Assembly: GCA_014860565.1 (NCBI GenBank)
Contig: JACZJN010000095.1
Location: 5,198-69,197 of the forward strand
DNA: 64,000 bases
From: Bacteroidota bacterium
Lineage (GTDB): Bacteria; Bacteroidota; Ignavibacteria; SZUA-365
Direction of reading: 5' to 3'
This document shows, one piece after another, positions 18,479 through 28,260 of the stretch. Every line of letters begins with the position of its first letter. The stretch's first letter is position 1. The position numbers were made by a program, and so were the translations under genes. The notes under the pieces are model-generated. The model had not been told where the DNA came from. It saw nothing but the letters and a program-made list of their open reading frames with translations, and did not search any database.

Positions 18479-19000
18479 GTGACATCCGAATTGATCGTTT
18501 TCATAGTATTGGCTGCCGTGGCTGTCCTTTCGGGGATACTCATGATTACACGCACCAATCCCGTCAACAGCGCTCTTTATCTGATTCTCAATTTCATCTC
18601 GCTCGCGGGCATCTACCTGACGCTGCACGCCCAGTTCGTCGCGATCATCCAGATTCTCGTGTACGCCGGTGCCATCATGGTCCTGGTGTTGTTCGTCATC
18701 ATGCTGCTGAACCTGCAGGATGAGGTGAAGCTGAGTGAAGAGCTGACAAGGCGCCATTACGCTTCCCTGCTCTTTGCCCTCCTTGTGCTGGCGATGCTGA
18801 TCGAGACCATTGGATGGATGGGCGGGGACACGCTGAACCGTATGCAGCAGCAGTCTCCGCTCGCCGTCACAAACGGAACCGTGGAGCGCATCGGCGACGT
18901 CCTTTTCACATCCTATGTTTTTCCTTTCGAGTTGACTTCGATTCTCCTTCTTGCCGCCATGCTCGGCGCGGTTGTCATTGCCAAAAAGCGTTTCCCCTGA
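18479..19000 (+). CDS. nuoJ: NADH-quinone oxidoreductase subunit J
   Basis: NuoJ/ND6-like TM protein; GTG start. Confidence 0.85.
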   Translation: MTSELIVFIVLAAVAVLSGILMITRTNPVNSALYLILNFISLAGIYLTLHAQFVAIIQILVYAGAIMVLVLFVIMLLNLQDEVKLSEELTRRHYASLLFALLVLAMLIETIGWMGGDTLNRMQQQSPLAVTNGTVERIGDVLFTSYVFPFELTSILLLAAMLGAVVIAKKRFP

Positions 19001-19028
19001 TCTCCACGATACCATTACAGCATAGCAC

Positions 19029-19331
19029 ATGATTCCAGTTCATTACTATCTGATTCTCAGTGCCGTCATGTTCACCACCGGCGTGGTGGGCGTACTCTCG
19101 CGGCGCAATGCGATCATCATCTTCATGTGCATCGAATTGATGCTCAATTCGGTGAACCTCACCTTCGTCGCCTTCTCTTCCTATCTCGGCAACGAAGCGG
19201 GGCAGATGTTCGTGTTTTTTGTCATGGCCGTGGCAGCGGCGGAAGCAGCGGTGGGTCTCGCGATCGTCATCGCCCTTTTCCGCAACAAGCAGACGGTCAA
19301 TATCAACGAGGTCAATATCCTCAAGTGGTAA
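19029..19331 (+). CDS. nuoK: NADH-quinone oxidoreductase subunit K
   Basis: 100 aa, three TM helices, ND4L signature (conserved Glu residues). Confidence 0.9.
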   Translation: MIPVHYYLILSAVMFTTGVVGVLSRRNAIIIFMCIELMLNSVNLTFVAFSSYLGNEAGQMFVFFVMAVAAAEAAVGLAIVIALFRNKQTVNINEVNILKW

Positions 19332-19424
19332 TTGCTCCGCGGACGCCAGACCGGCCGATTGACCGCGCCTGAATCGTCCTTCTACAATCCATCTGAACCA
19401 GTCCTTTAACGTTCCTCAGGATCC

Positions 19425-21362
19425 ATGTATCAATACGTCGGACTCATCGTACTTTTCCCGCTGATCGGACTGCTCGTCAACGGTCTGCTCGGCCGGAAAA
19501 TCAAGAACGAAACCATCGTGGGGATCATCGGAAGCGGCGCCGTCGGCCTCTCTTTCCTGGTCGCGGCGGCGATTTTCGTGGAAATGCTCGGCATGCCCGA
19601 AGACGGCCGCAGCCATGTGGTCACCCTCTTCACCTGGATCGCAGCCGGCAGTTTCAAGGTGTCGGCCGCGTATCAGATCGATCAGCTCTCGGTGCTGATG
19701 ACGCTGGTGGTGACCGGAGTGGGCTTCCTCATTCACGTGTATTCAATCGGATACATGCACGGCGACCGAGGGTTCTGGCGCTTCTTCACCTACCTGAACC
19801 TGTTCATCTTCGCGATGCTCAACCTCGTACTCGCCGACAACTACCTGCTGATGTTCCTCGGCTGGGAAGGAGTCGGCCTGTGCTCGTACCTGCTGATCGG
19901 ATTCTGGTATGACAAGAAATTCCCGGGCGTGGGCATCACATGGACCGGAGACGCAGCGAACAAGGCCTTCTGGGTCAACCGCATCGGCGACTTCGCCTTC
20001 ATGATCGGCATGTTCCTGATTTTCCGTGAATTCGGGACACTGACTTTCCGCGAAGTCATGGGCGGCGCCGAGCATCTCGCCATCGGCAACAACACGATGT
20101 TCTGGATCACCCTGCTGCTTTTCATCGGCGCGACCGGAAAGTCGGCACAGATTCCACTGTTTATCTGGCTGCCCGACGCGATGGCCGGTCCCACCCCCGT
20201 CAGCGCACTCATCCACGCCGCGACGATGGTCACGGCGGGTGTGTACATGATAGCCAGAAATTCCGCGCTGTATGCGCTCGCTCCGACCACCATGATGATC
20301 GTCGCAATCGGCGGCGCACTGACCGCGATCATGGCCGCCTCTATCGGTATCGCACAGAACGACATCAAGAAAGTGCTGGCCTACTCCACCGTGAGCCAGC
20401 TCGGATACATGTTCCTCGCCCTCGGCGTCGGTGCCTTCACCGCCGGAATCTTCCATGTCATGACGCATGCGTTTTTCAAGGCCTGCCTCTTCCTCGGATC
20501 CGGATCGGTGATCCATGCGATGCACGAGGAGCAGGATATCCGTCACATGGGCGGACTCAAGAAAGTCATGCCGAAAACGTACTGGACCTTCCTGATCTCG
20601 AGCTTTGCCATCGCGGGCTTTCCGCCGCTATCCGGCTTCTTCTCGAAGGATGAGATTCTCTGGAAGGCCTTCTCCGACGGTTCGCTGGCACTCTGGATAA
20701 TCGGCGCCCTGGCGGCGCTGATGACGGCCTTCTACATGTTCCGCATGGTGACGCTCACCTTCGAAGGCGAACCGCGCTGGGCCAAGGACAAGCATCCGCA
20801 TGAGTCGCCGTTGACCATGACCATTCCCCTCATCGTGCTCGCGGGCCTCGCGATTCTCGGCGGCTTCGTCGGTATACCGGCCGCCCTCGGCGGAGGCAAC
20901 GCGATCGAGCACTGGCTCCATCCTGTTTTCGCGCAGGCGCATCATACCATGTCGCTCACCGAGCATCACAGCCATGCGACAGAGTACATCCTGATGGGCA
21001 TCAGCGTCGTGATCGCGCTGACCGGCTTCTGGTTCGGCCGCAAGATCTTCCTCGCCGATCCCGGCGCCGACACGCGCATCGCCGCGAAAACCGGATTCCT
21101 CTATCGCATTCTTGCGAACAAGTATTATGTGGACGAGATGTACAACGGCAGCGTCGTTCGTCCGCTGGTGAAAACCAGCGACAGCTTCCTGTACCGCATC
21201 TTTGACGTCCGCATCATTGACGGCGCGGTCAATGGTCTGGCGAAAACAACGGGCTGGGTCAGCTCGATGATGCGCTACATGCAGACCGGCGTGGTGCAGA
21301 ACTACGCGGCCCTGGTCGTTCTCGGTATCGTTGTCGTACTCGGTCTCCTCATTTTCAGCTGA
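19425..21362 (+). CDS. nuoL: NADH-quinone oxidoreductase subunit L
   Basis: 645 aa antiporter-like subunit with NuoL N- and C-terminal motifs. Confidence 0.9.
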   Translation: MYQYVGLIVLFPLIGLLVNGLLGRKIKNETIVGIIGSGAVGLSFLVAAAIFVEMLGMPEDGRSHVVTLFTWIAAGSFKVSAAYQIDQLSVLMTLVVTGVGFLIHVYSIGYMHGDRGFWRFFTYLNLFIFAMLNLVLADNYLLMFLGWEGVGLCSYLLIGFWYDKKFPGVGITWTGDAANKAFWVNRIGDFAFMIGMFLIFREFGTLTFREVMGGAEHLAIGNNTMFWITLLLFIGATGKSAQIPLFIWLPDAMAGPTPVSALIHAATMVTAGVYMIARNSALYALAPTTMMIVAIGGALTAIMAASIGIAQNDIKKVLAYSTVSQLGYMFLALGVGAFTAGIFHVMTHAFFKACLFLGSGSVIHAMHEEQDIRHMGGLKKVMPKTYWTFLISSFAIAGFPPLSGFFSKDEILWKAFSDGSLALWIIGALAALMTAFYMFRMVTLTFEGEPRWAKDKHPHESPLTMTIPLIVLAGLAILGGFVGIPAALGGGNAIEHWLHPVFAQAHHTMSLTEHHSHATEYILMGISVVIALTGFWFGRKIFLADPGADTRIAAKTGFLYRILANKYYVDEMYNGSVVRPLVKTSDSFLYRIFDVRIIDGAVNGLAKTTGWVSSMMRYMQTGVVQNYAALVVLGIVVVLGLLIFS

Positions 21363-21370
21363 TAGAAGCG

Positions 21371-22915
21371 ATGATCCCACACGTATTGAATTTCATCCTG
21401 TTTCTCCCGCTCATCGGCGCCGTTGCAGTACTGCTTGCGCGCCGCAGCGATAACGCCGTCCGATGGACTGGGCTGGTTTTCTCCCTCATCACCTTCGTGA
21501 TTTCACTCGCGTTGTATTTCGAATACGACCCGGCGAATCCCGCGATGCAGTTTGTGGAGAAAGTGAGTTGGATTCCATCGCTGAACGTCAGCTATCATAT
21601 CGGCCTTGACGGCATTTCGATGCTGCTGGTCGTTCTGACGACCTTCCTCACTCCCATCGTGCTGATTTCCTCGTGGAAGTCGATTGAAAAACAGATCCCG
21701 GCCTACATCGCGCTGATGCTCGTGCTCGAGACCGCGATGATCGGCGTGTTCGCCTCCCTCGATACGTTCCTGTTCTACGTGTTCTGGGAACTGATCCTGA
21801 TTCCGATGTATTTCATCATCGGAATCTGGGGTGGCAAGGAGCGCATTTACGCGACGGTGAAGTTCTTCATCTTCACGATGGTGGGTTCGCTGCTGATGCT
21901 CATCGCCATCATCTGGTTGGGATACTACGCATCGACCCTGCCCGGCGGTGTATTCACGACCGACATCACGCAGCTCTTCGACATCGCGCCGACAATCCCG
22001 CTCGACATTCAGGCCTGGATGTTCGGCGCCTTCGCGCTCAGCTTCCTGATCAAGGTGCCGGCCTTTCCCCTCCACACCTGGCTTCCTGACGCGCACGTGC
22101 AGGCGCCGACAGGCGGATCGGTTATTCTGGCAGGTGTGCTCCTGAAAATGGGCACGTACGGCCTTATTCGTTTCAATCTTCAGCTCTTTCCTCAGTCTAC
22201 ACTTGAATACGCCTCCCTGCTATCCGTGCTCGGCGTGGTCGGCATTATTTACGGAGCGCTCGTTTCGATGGTACAGAAGGACGTGAAAAAGCTCGTGGCC
22301 TACTCCTCGGTGAGTCATATGGGCTTCATCCTTCTCGGCATCTTTGGTGTGACGGTACAGGGTCTCCAAGGTGGGCTCATCCAGATGCTCAACCACGGCC
22401 TTTCCACCGGCGCACTCTTCCTCATCGTGGGCATGCTTTACGATCGGCGCCATACGCGCATGATTGAAGAGTTCGGCGGACTCGCCCGACAGATCCCGGT
22501 GTTTTCGACATTTTTCATGATCGTGACGCTGTCATCCATCGGCCTTCCCGGACTCAACGGTTTTGTTGGAGAATTCCTCATTCTTATCGGGTCCTTCCAG
22601 TCCGCTGTGCTGGGGTCCATCTGGTATGTCGTTTTCGCGTCCACCGGCGTGGTGTTCGCGGCTGTGTACATGCTGTGGATGTTCCAGCGCGTGGTGTTCG
22701 GAGTATCCCGGAATCCGGAAAACGCCAAACTCGTCGATCTGTCCGCACGTGAGATCGGGCTGCTCCTGCCAATCGTGCTGTTCATCGTGTGGATCGGCGT
22801 CTACCCGAGCACGTTCCTCTCCAAATCGGAGCCGACCGTGCAGCGCGTGGTAGAGAAGATCGAGCAGGTACAGCGGGGTGATGTATTCACAACCTCTGTA
22901 TCACCATTGAAATGA
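21371..22915 (+). CDS. nuoM: NADH-quinone oxidoreductase subunit M
   Basis: 514 aa antiporter-like subunit, ND4 family motifs. Confidence 0.9.
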   Translation: MIPHVLNFILFLPLIGAVAVLLARRSDNAVRWTGLVFSLITFVISLALYFEYDPANPAMQFVEKVSWIPSLNVSYHIGLDGISMLLVVLTTFLTPIVLISSWKSIEKQIPAYIALMLVLETAMIGVFASLDTFLFYVFWELILIPMYFIIGIWGGKERIYATVKFFIFTMVGSLLMLIAIIWLGYYASTLPGGVFTTDITQLFDIAPTIPLDIQAWMFGAFALSFLIKVPAFPLHTWLPDAHVQAPTGGSVILAGVLLKMGTYGLIRFNLQLFPQSTLEYASLLSVLGVVGIIYGALVSMVQKDVKKLVAYSSVSHMGFILLGIFGVTVQGLQGGLIQMLNHGLSTGALFLIVGMLYDRRHTRMIEEFGGLARQIPVFSTFFMIVTLSSIGLPGLNGFVGEFLILIGSFQSAVLGSIWYVVFASTGVVFAAVYMLWMFQRVVFGVSRNPENAKLVDLSAREIGLLLPIVLFIVWIGVYPSTFLSKSEPTVQRVVEKIEQVQRGDVFTTSVSPLK

Positions 22916-24438
22916 TCAGGAGCGATCTCTTGAAACCCCTCTCCCGTGTATTCACGGCATGTCTCGGCATGCTCGCGGCTCTGGTGCTGTTTTCGATTCC
23001 GGCGTTCGCGTCGGAAGGCGAGGCGGTGCATATTATCGAGCCCAACCCCCTGATGATCATTCCCTTCGTGCTGCTGCTGCTGGCCATCGCACTGATGCCC
23101 TTCATCAGCAAGCACTGGTGGGAACATTACTTCCCCCACGTCTCCGTCGTACTGGGTCTGATCACCATCACCTATTACGTCTTTTTCCTCCAGAATCCCA
23201 TCCGCATGCTGCACTCCGGCATCGAGTACTTCAGCTTCATCTGCCTCGTCGGATCGCTGTTCGTGGTCGCCGGCGGCATGCATATCAATCTCAAGGGCTA
23301 CGCCTCGCCGATCAAGAACACCATCATCCTGGCGATCGGCGCCGTGCTCTCGAATCTCGTGGGCACCACAGGCGCATCGATGATTCTCATCCGTCCGTTC
23401 ATGCGCAACAACAAGAGCCGCCTGCACGCCTACCACATCATCTTCTTCATTTTCATCGTCAGCAACATCGGCGGCGGACTGACCCCCATCGGTGATCCCC
23501 CTCTTTTTCTCGGTTATCTGAAAGGCATTCCGTTCTTCTGGGTGCTGCAGAACGTCTGGCACATCTGGCTGCTGGCCATCGTCATCGTTCTGGCCGTATT
23601 CATCGCCATCGACTGGTACTATTATCTGAAGGTGCCGGCACATGTGCGTGAACTGCAGAACGAGGCGGGTGACGTCACCAAGCTGCAGGGCATGCACAAC
23701 ATCGGCTTCCTGCTGCTGATTCTCGTGGCCGTGTTCATTCAAGACCCGCCCTTCGTGCGCGAGTTCATCATGATCGCCGCCGCTGCCGGTTCGTATTACA
23801 CGACCAGGGAGCATGTGCACAAAGCCAACGATTTCAATTTCTTCCCGATCAAGGAAGTGGGCTTCCTGTTCCTCGGTCTGTTCGCCACCATGGTGCCCGC
23901 GCTCGACTGGCTCGAACTCAACGCCAGCAGTCTCGGCATCACGCATGCGGGACAGTTCTACTGGGGAACCGGCATTCTTTCCAGCTTCCTCGACAATGCC
24001 CCCACCTATCTGAATTTCCTGAGCGCGGAAGTCGGATTGCTGGTCAGTCCGCAGTTCGTGCAGCAGGTGCAGGAGGTGATCGCAAACGGCGCCGTGCAGG
24101 CCCCGAACTTCATGCAGTATTCACAGGAAGTGCGCACGACGGTGGAAACGCTTGTCCACTACCACAGCGGCCTGGTCGCCTCGGGCGTCGTGCCTGTCGA
24201 CGACATCAACGTTTCCTATCTTATCAGCGTACAGCCGCTCTTTGTCATGGCGATCAGCGTCGCCGCCGTGTTCTTTGGTGCGATGACCTATATTGGCAAT
24301 GCACCGAATTTCATGGTGAAATCGATAGCGGAGCAGTCCGGCGCAAAGATGCCCTCTTTCTTCGGGTATGTGATCCGTTTCTCCATACCGATACTGCTTC
24401 CGATTTTCGTCATCATCTGGCTGGTCTATTTCTTCTAG
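22912..24438 (+). CDS. nhaD: NhaD/ArsB-superfamily permease (putative Na+/H+ antiporter) inserted in the nuo module
   Basis: 508 aa, ~12 TM segments, ion-transporter-superfamily composition; start overlaps the nuoM stop (ATGA). Confidence 0.65.
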   Translation: MIRSDLLKPLSRVFTACLGMLAALVLFSIPAFASEGEAVHIIEPNPLMIIPFVLLLLAIALMPFISKHWWEHYFPHVSVVLGLITITYYVFFLQNPIRMLHSGIEYFSFICLVGSLFVVAGGMHINLKGYASPIKNTIILAIGAVLSNLVGTTGASMILIRPFMRNNKSRLHAYHIIFFIFIVSNIGGGLTPIGDPPLFLGYLKGIPFFWVLQNVWHIWLLAIVIVLAVFIAIDWYYYLKVPAHVRELQNEAGDVTKLQGMHNIGFLLLILVAVFIQDPPFVREFIMIAAAAGSYYTTREHVHKANDFNFFPIKEVGFLFLGLFATMVPALDWLELNASSLGITHAGQFYWGTGILSSFLDNAPTYLNFLSAEVGLLVSPQFVQQVQEVIANGAVQAPNFMQYSQEVRTTVETLVHYHSGLVASGVVPVDDINVSYLISVQPLFVMAISVAAVFFGAMTYIGNAPNFMVKSIAEQSGAKMPSFFGYVIRFSIPILLPIFVIIWLVYFF

Positions 24439-24477
24439 CATTGCAATAATCGACTCTCGAGTATTCAGGCATAAACG

Positions 24478-25902
24478 ATGAATCAACTTCTTACCGACAC
24501 CCTGCACACCGCACCCATCACGGGCACGATCGTGCTCGCGCTGGTCGTGATCATGATCAACGCCCTGAAAAAGGATTCCCTCAGGATGGAGTACTGGGTC
24601 TCCCTCATCGGCATCGCGGCGAATATCGCGCTGGCCGTCTGGGCATTCCCTCTTCGCGGCTCCGCCTTCGCGGGCACCGTGATGACCGGCGGCTTCGCCA
24701 GTCTCACCGCCGCAATATTCCTGGTCGCGGCAGGACTCACCATCATTCTCGCCCGCGATTATATCGCCAAAATCGGTGTGAATTTCGGTGAAGTCTTCCA
24801 TCTGATCCTCATGGCGGCCGTGGGAATGATGACCTTCGCGGCCGGGACTGATCTGGTAGTCACATTTGTCGGTCTGGAACTCATGTCCGTCTGCCTCTAC
24901 GTGCTCGCCGGCATTTCCCGCCGCGTGCTCAAGGCGAACGAAGCATCGCTCAAGTATTTCCTTCTCGGCGCGTTTGCCACGGGGTTTTTCCTCTACGGCA
25001 TCGCACTGATTTACGGAATGACGGGAACGACCAACATTCTCGCCATCGCGCAGAACATCGCAGCATACAAGTCCGAGCCCCTCTTTCTCGTAGGGGCCGG
25101 ACTGCTGTTCGTCGGCTTTGCGTTCAAGGTCGGCGCCGTTCCTTTCCACATGTGGGTACCCGACGTGTACGAAGGTTCGCCCACCATCGTGAGCGCGTTC
25201 ATGTCCACAGGTGCGAAAGCCGCTGCGTTTTCGGCTCTTCTGCTGGTGTTCACCGCCACCTTCGATTTCAGCCACAGCAGCATGAACACGGTGTTCGCCG
25301 TGCTCGCCGTTGCATCGATGATCGTCGGCAACGTGGTCGCCATCGCGCAGACCAATGTCAAGCGCATGCTCGCGTACTCGAGCATCGCCCATGCAGGCTA
25401 CATGCTCATCGGCATCACCGCAGGCGGCGACGTGAGTCTCGCCGGCGTCCTCTTCTACCTGATCGCCTACGTGTTCACCAATCTCGGCGCCTTTGGGGTC
25501 ACTTCGATTATTGAGAATGCCGAACAGCAGGGCACGGATCTCGAGAATTTCCGCGGTCTGTATTACCGCCGTCCGCTGCTCGCGGTTTTGATGGGCGTGT
25601 TCATGTTCTCCCTTGTGGGCATTCCCCCGCTCGCGGGCTTTTTCGGAAAGTACTACATTTTCATGGCCGCGATTGAAAGCGGCTACACCTGGCTGACCAT
25701 CGTCGGCGTCATAACCAGCATGATCTCCGTGTATTACTATCTGCGTGTTGTGGTGCTGATGTTCTTCCAGACTGCCGAAGAAGGAGAAGCTCCGAAGGTT
25801 ACCGCCAGCGGTACATTCGCGCTTCTGGTCTCCGCCGCAGGCATTTTACTTGTCGGTCTCTTCCCGTCGATCGTGCTCGGCTGGATGGGCGGTCTTTTCT
25901 AG
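24478..25902 (+). CDS. nuoN: NADH-quinone oxidoreductase subunit N
   Basis: 474 aa, ND2 family motifs. Confidence 0.9.
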   Translation: MNQLLTDTLHTAPITGTIVLALVVIMINALKKDSLRMEYWVSLIGIAANIALAVWAFPLRGSAFAGTVMTGGFASLTAAIFLVAAGLTIILARDYIAKIGVNFGEVFHLILMAAVGMMTFAAGTDLVVTFVGLELMSVCLYVLAGISRRVLKANEASLKYFLLGAFATGFFLYGIALIYGMTGTTNILAIAQNIAAYKSEPLFLVGAGLLFVGFAFKVGAVPFHMWVPDVYEGSPTIVSAFMSTGAKAAAFSALLLVFTATFDFSHSSMNTVFAVLAVASMIVGNVVAIAQTNVKRMLAYSSIAHAGYMLIGITAGGDVSLAGVLFYLIAYVFTNLGAFGVTSIIENAEQQGTDLENFRGLYYRRPLLAVLMGVFMFSLVGIPPLAGFFGKYYIFMAAIESGYTWLTIVGVITSMISVYYYLRVVVLMFFQTAEEGEAPKVTASGTFALLVSAAGILLVGLFPSIVLGWMGGLF

Positions 25903-25906
25903 AACC

Positions 25907-27490
25907 ATGCTTCCTGTCTATACATCGGATGAAATGCAGCGCTGCGATGCCGCGGCGACCGCACATTTCGGCATCCCTGGCATCGTGCTGATGGAGAACG
26001 CCGCCCGCGGAGCAGTGGATTTTGCCGAACAGCTTTTCGGCAGCGCGTGCGGACAGTGGATCGTGCTCGTCTGCGGCAAGGGAAACAACGGGGGCGACGG
26101 TTTCGCCATGGCCCGCCATCTGGTGAACCGCGGCGCCAGGGTGGACGTGCTCACGCTCGGCCCCGACTCCGCTTCGCAAGGGGACGCAAAAACCAATCTC
26201 GACATCATCCGTGTCATGGAGAAGGAAACATCGCTTCTGCGCATCAAACTGCTCAGCAGCAGCGCGCAGCTGGCGGACATGCTGCACCGGCGTCCCGCCT
26301 GGGTGGCGGATGCCATGCTCGGAACAGGCCTCTCCTCCCCTGTAAAAGGCGAGATCGCTGAAATCATCGAGGTATTGAATTCTTCCTCCGTTCCGGTGCT
26401 CGCGGTCGACCTTCCGACCGGCATCAGCGCCGACACCGGGGAAGTGATGGGTGGCGCCGTGATGGCCGACCATACGGTCACCATGAGCGGACTGAAGCGT
26501 GGACTTTTGCTGAGGGGCGGACGCGAACACGCAGGCGACGTGCATGTCGTCGACATCTCCATGCCGCGGGAAGGCGTGGCACGCGAAGCCACGAACACCT
26601 TCCAGATCGGTCTCGACGATGTGCAGCAGTGGTTGCCGCGGCGCCGTTTCGACGCACACAAGTATCAGCTCGGGAATGTGTTTGTTCTCGCCGGATCCAC
26701 CGGGCTCACGGGAGCCGCGGTCATGTCGTCGGAATCGGCCATGCGCAGCGGCGCGGGTATCGTGCATCTCGGCATCCCCGCCAGCCTCAACAGCATTCTT
26801 GAAATGAAGCTGACGGAGGTGATGACCATTCCGTTCAAGGAAACCGGCGAGGGAAGCTTCAGCCTGCATGACTACGAGGCCATTCTCGAACGTGTGAACA
26901 CATCCACTGTTTCGATTATCGGACCGGGAATTTCCCGCCAATACGAAACACAGAATCTCGTCCGCAAGCTGATCGAGCATGCCACCATGCCTCTTGTACT
27001 GGACGCGGATGCGTTATTCGCGTTGAGCGGACATCTCAGCATTCTTCAACAGACGAAAGCGGAGATCATCCTCACGCCGCATATGGGAGAATTTGCCCGG
27101 CTGGTGAGCCAGACGAAGGAAGAGATCGACAGCAAGCGCATCGACATCGCCCAGACCTTTGCCGTCGAATTCGGCGTGACGCTCGTGCTGAAAGGTGCGC
27201 CCACGGTCATCGCGACGCGCGACGGACAGATCCATGTCAACCCCACGGGGAATCCCGGTATGGCAACCGCAGGAGCCGGAGACGTGCTGTCGGGAATCAT
27301 CGCCGGATTCGTCGCGCAGGGAAGTACTCCGGCGCACGCAGCCGCCTGCGGCGTCTACCTACATGGGCTCGCCGGCGATCGCGCGAAAGACAACGTCGGA
27401 GAGTACGGTCTGATCGCAACCGATCTCATCCGTTCCTTCGCCGAGGTGCTCAAGGACGCTGCCCCCCCCAACCGCCGACAGTCATCCTGA
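25907..27490 (+). CDS. nnr: bifunctional NAD(P)H-hydrate repair enzyme (epimerase + ADP-dependent dehydratase)
   Basis: YjeF-N motif GKGNNGGDG and C-terminal kinase-like GAGDVLSGII; begins 4 nt after the nuoN stop. Confidence 0.85.
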   Translation: MLPVYTSDEMQRCDAAATAHFGIPGIVLMENAARGAVDFAEQLFGSACGQWIVLVCGKGNNGGDGFAMARHLVNRGARVDVLTLGPDSASQGDAKTNLDIIRVMEKETSLLRIKLLSSSAQLADMLHRRPAWVADAMLGTGLSSPVKGEIAEIIEVLNSSSVPVLAVDLPTGISADTGEVMGGAVMADHTVTMSGLKRGLLLRGGREHAGDVHVVDISMPREGVAREATNTFQIGLDDVQQWLPRRRFDAHKYQLGNVFVLAGSTGLTGAAVMSSESAMRSGAGIVHLGIPASLNSILEMKLTEVMTIPFKETGEGSFSLHDYEAILERVNTSTVSIIGPGISRQYETQNLVRKLIEHATMPLVLDADALFALSGHLSILQQTKAEIILTPHMGEFARLVSQTKEEIDSKRIDIAQTFAVEFGVTLVLKGAPTVIATRDGQIHVNPTGNPGMATAGAGDVLSGIIAGFVAQGSTPAHAAACGVYLHGLAGDRAKDNVGEYGLIATDLIRSFAEVLKDAAPPNRRQSS

Positions 27491-27507
27491 CGACGCCCCG
27501 CCATCCC

Positions 27508-27963
27508 GTGCCCTCATCCGACAACATGTTGAAAAACGATCCGGGCAATACCCGCATCCACCGGTTCAAGACATCCCTTCCCGCTTCCTTCTGGTTTCTG
27601 CTGATCATGGTCCTGCTCTCTCTCCCGGGACAATCGTTTCCCGTGGTTGAGATCTGGAAGCCAGACAAGATCGCGCATCTCATGCTCTTCGGAATGCAGG
27701 CAGTGCTGCTGTGGCTCGCGCTGGAGTTGCCGCGACGCATCAGGGTTCTGCGCCTTCCCCCGCTGCTCTTCGCAGCAATCGTCACCTCTGCATTTGGCGC
27801 GCTCAGCGAGGGCTACCAGGCAGTCTTCACGACGCGCATGGCCGACCCCTACGACATCATCGCGAACGCCGTGGGCGTTGCCCTGGCTCTCGGTATCGTG
27901 CGCGCAGTGGGTCCCGCTCGCCTTCTGCGGACAACACGCCGCGTTCTCCGCATACCGGATTGA
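27508..27963 (+). CDS. VanZ-like family membrane protein
   Basis: ~150 aa, 4 TM segments with VanZ-like topology. Confidence 0.5.
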   Translation: MPSSDNMLKNDPGNTRIHRFKTSLPASFWFLLIMVLLSLPGQSFPVVEIWKPDKIAHLMLFGMQAVLLWLALELPRRIRVLRLPPLLFAAIVTSAFGALSEGYQAVFTTRMADPYDIIANAVGVALALGIVRAVGPARLLRTTRRVLRIPD

Positions 27964-27993
27964 GCCTCATCGAAAAATAATTTAGATCAAGTC

Positions 27994-28022
27994 TTGACAA
28001 ACGTAATCAGATCGTGTATATT
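27994..28022 (+). promoter_or_regulatory. perfect consensus sigma70 promoter TTGACA-17 bp-TATATT
   Basis: hexamers and 17-bp spacer read directly. Confidence 0.5.
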
Positions 28023-28028
28023 GCTTCA

Positions 28029-28090
28029 TACCTTTCTGAAGACCTCAACAGCATTGATAAAAAAACCGCCCTGCACAGGCGGTTTTTTTA
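28029..28090 (+). ncRNA. candidate small RNA (~55-60 nt) between the consensus promoter and the intrinsic terminator
   Basis: no ORF and no plus-strand gene downstream; transcript would end at the 28061-28090 terminator. Confidence 0.3.
28061..28090. terminator. bidirectional intrinsic terminator (A-run, ccgcc...ggcgg stem, T7)
   Basis: also lies downstream of minus-strand ychF. Confidence 0.7.
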
Positions 28091-28122
28091 TACACGCTAC
28101 TTCCCCGGCAATAACCCGGTAG

Positions 28123-28228
28123 GTATACGCTCCGGACACGGTACGTATACGCTCCGGACACGGTACTTGTAGGGGCGCAGCATGCTGCGCCCGTACGCGC
28201 CCCTACGCGCCCGTACGCGCCCCTACAA
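28123..28228. repeat. compound repeat array in the ychF 3' UTR: 22-bp perfect tandem (gtatacgctccggacacggtac x2), then palindrome ggcgcagcatgctgcgcc, then alternating 10-mers gcgcccgtac/gcgcccctac x2
   Basis: read directly; the spurious ORF 28203..28397 overlaps it. Confidence 0.6.
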
Positions 28229-28260
28229 AGATGCGGATAATTTCAATTTTCCAGGTAATC

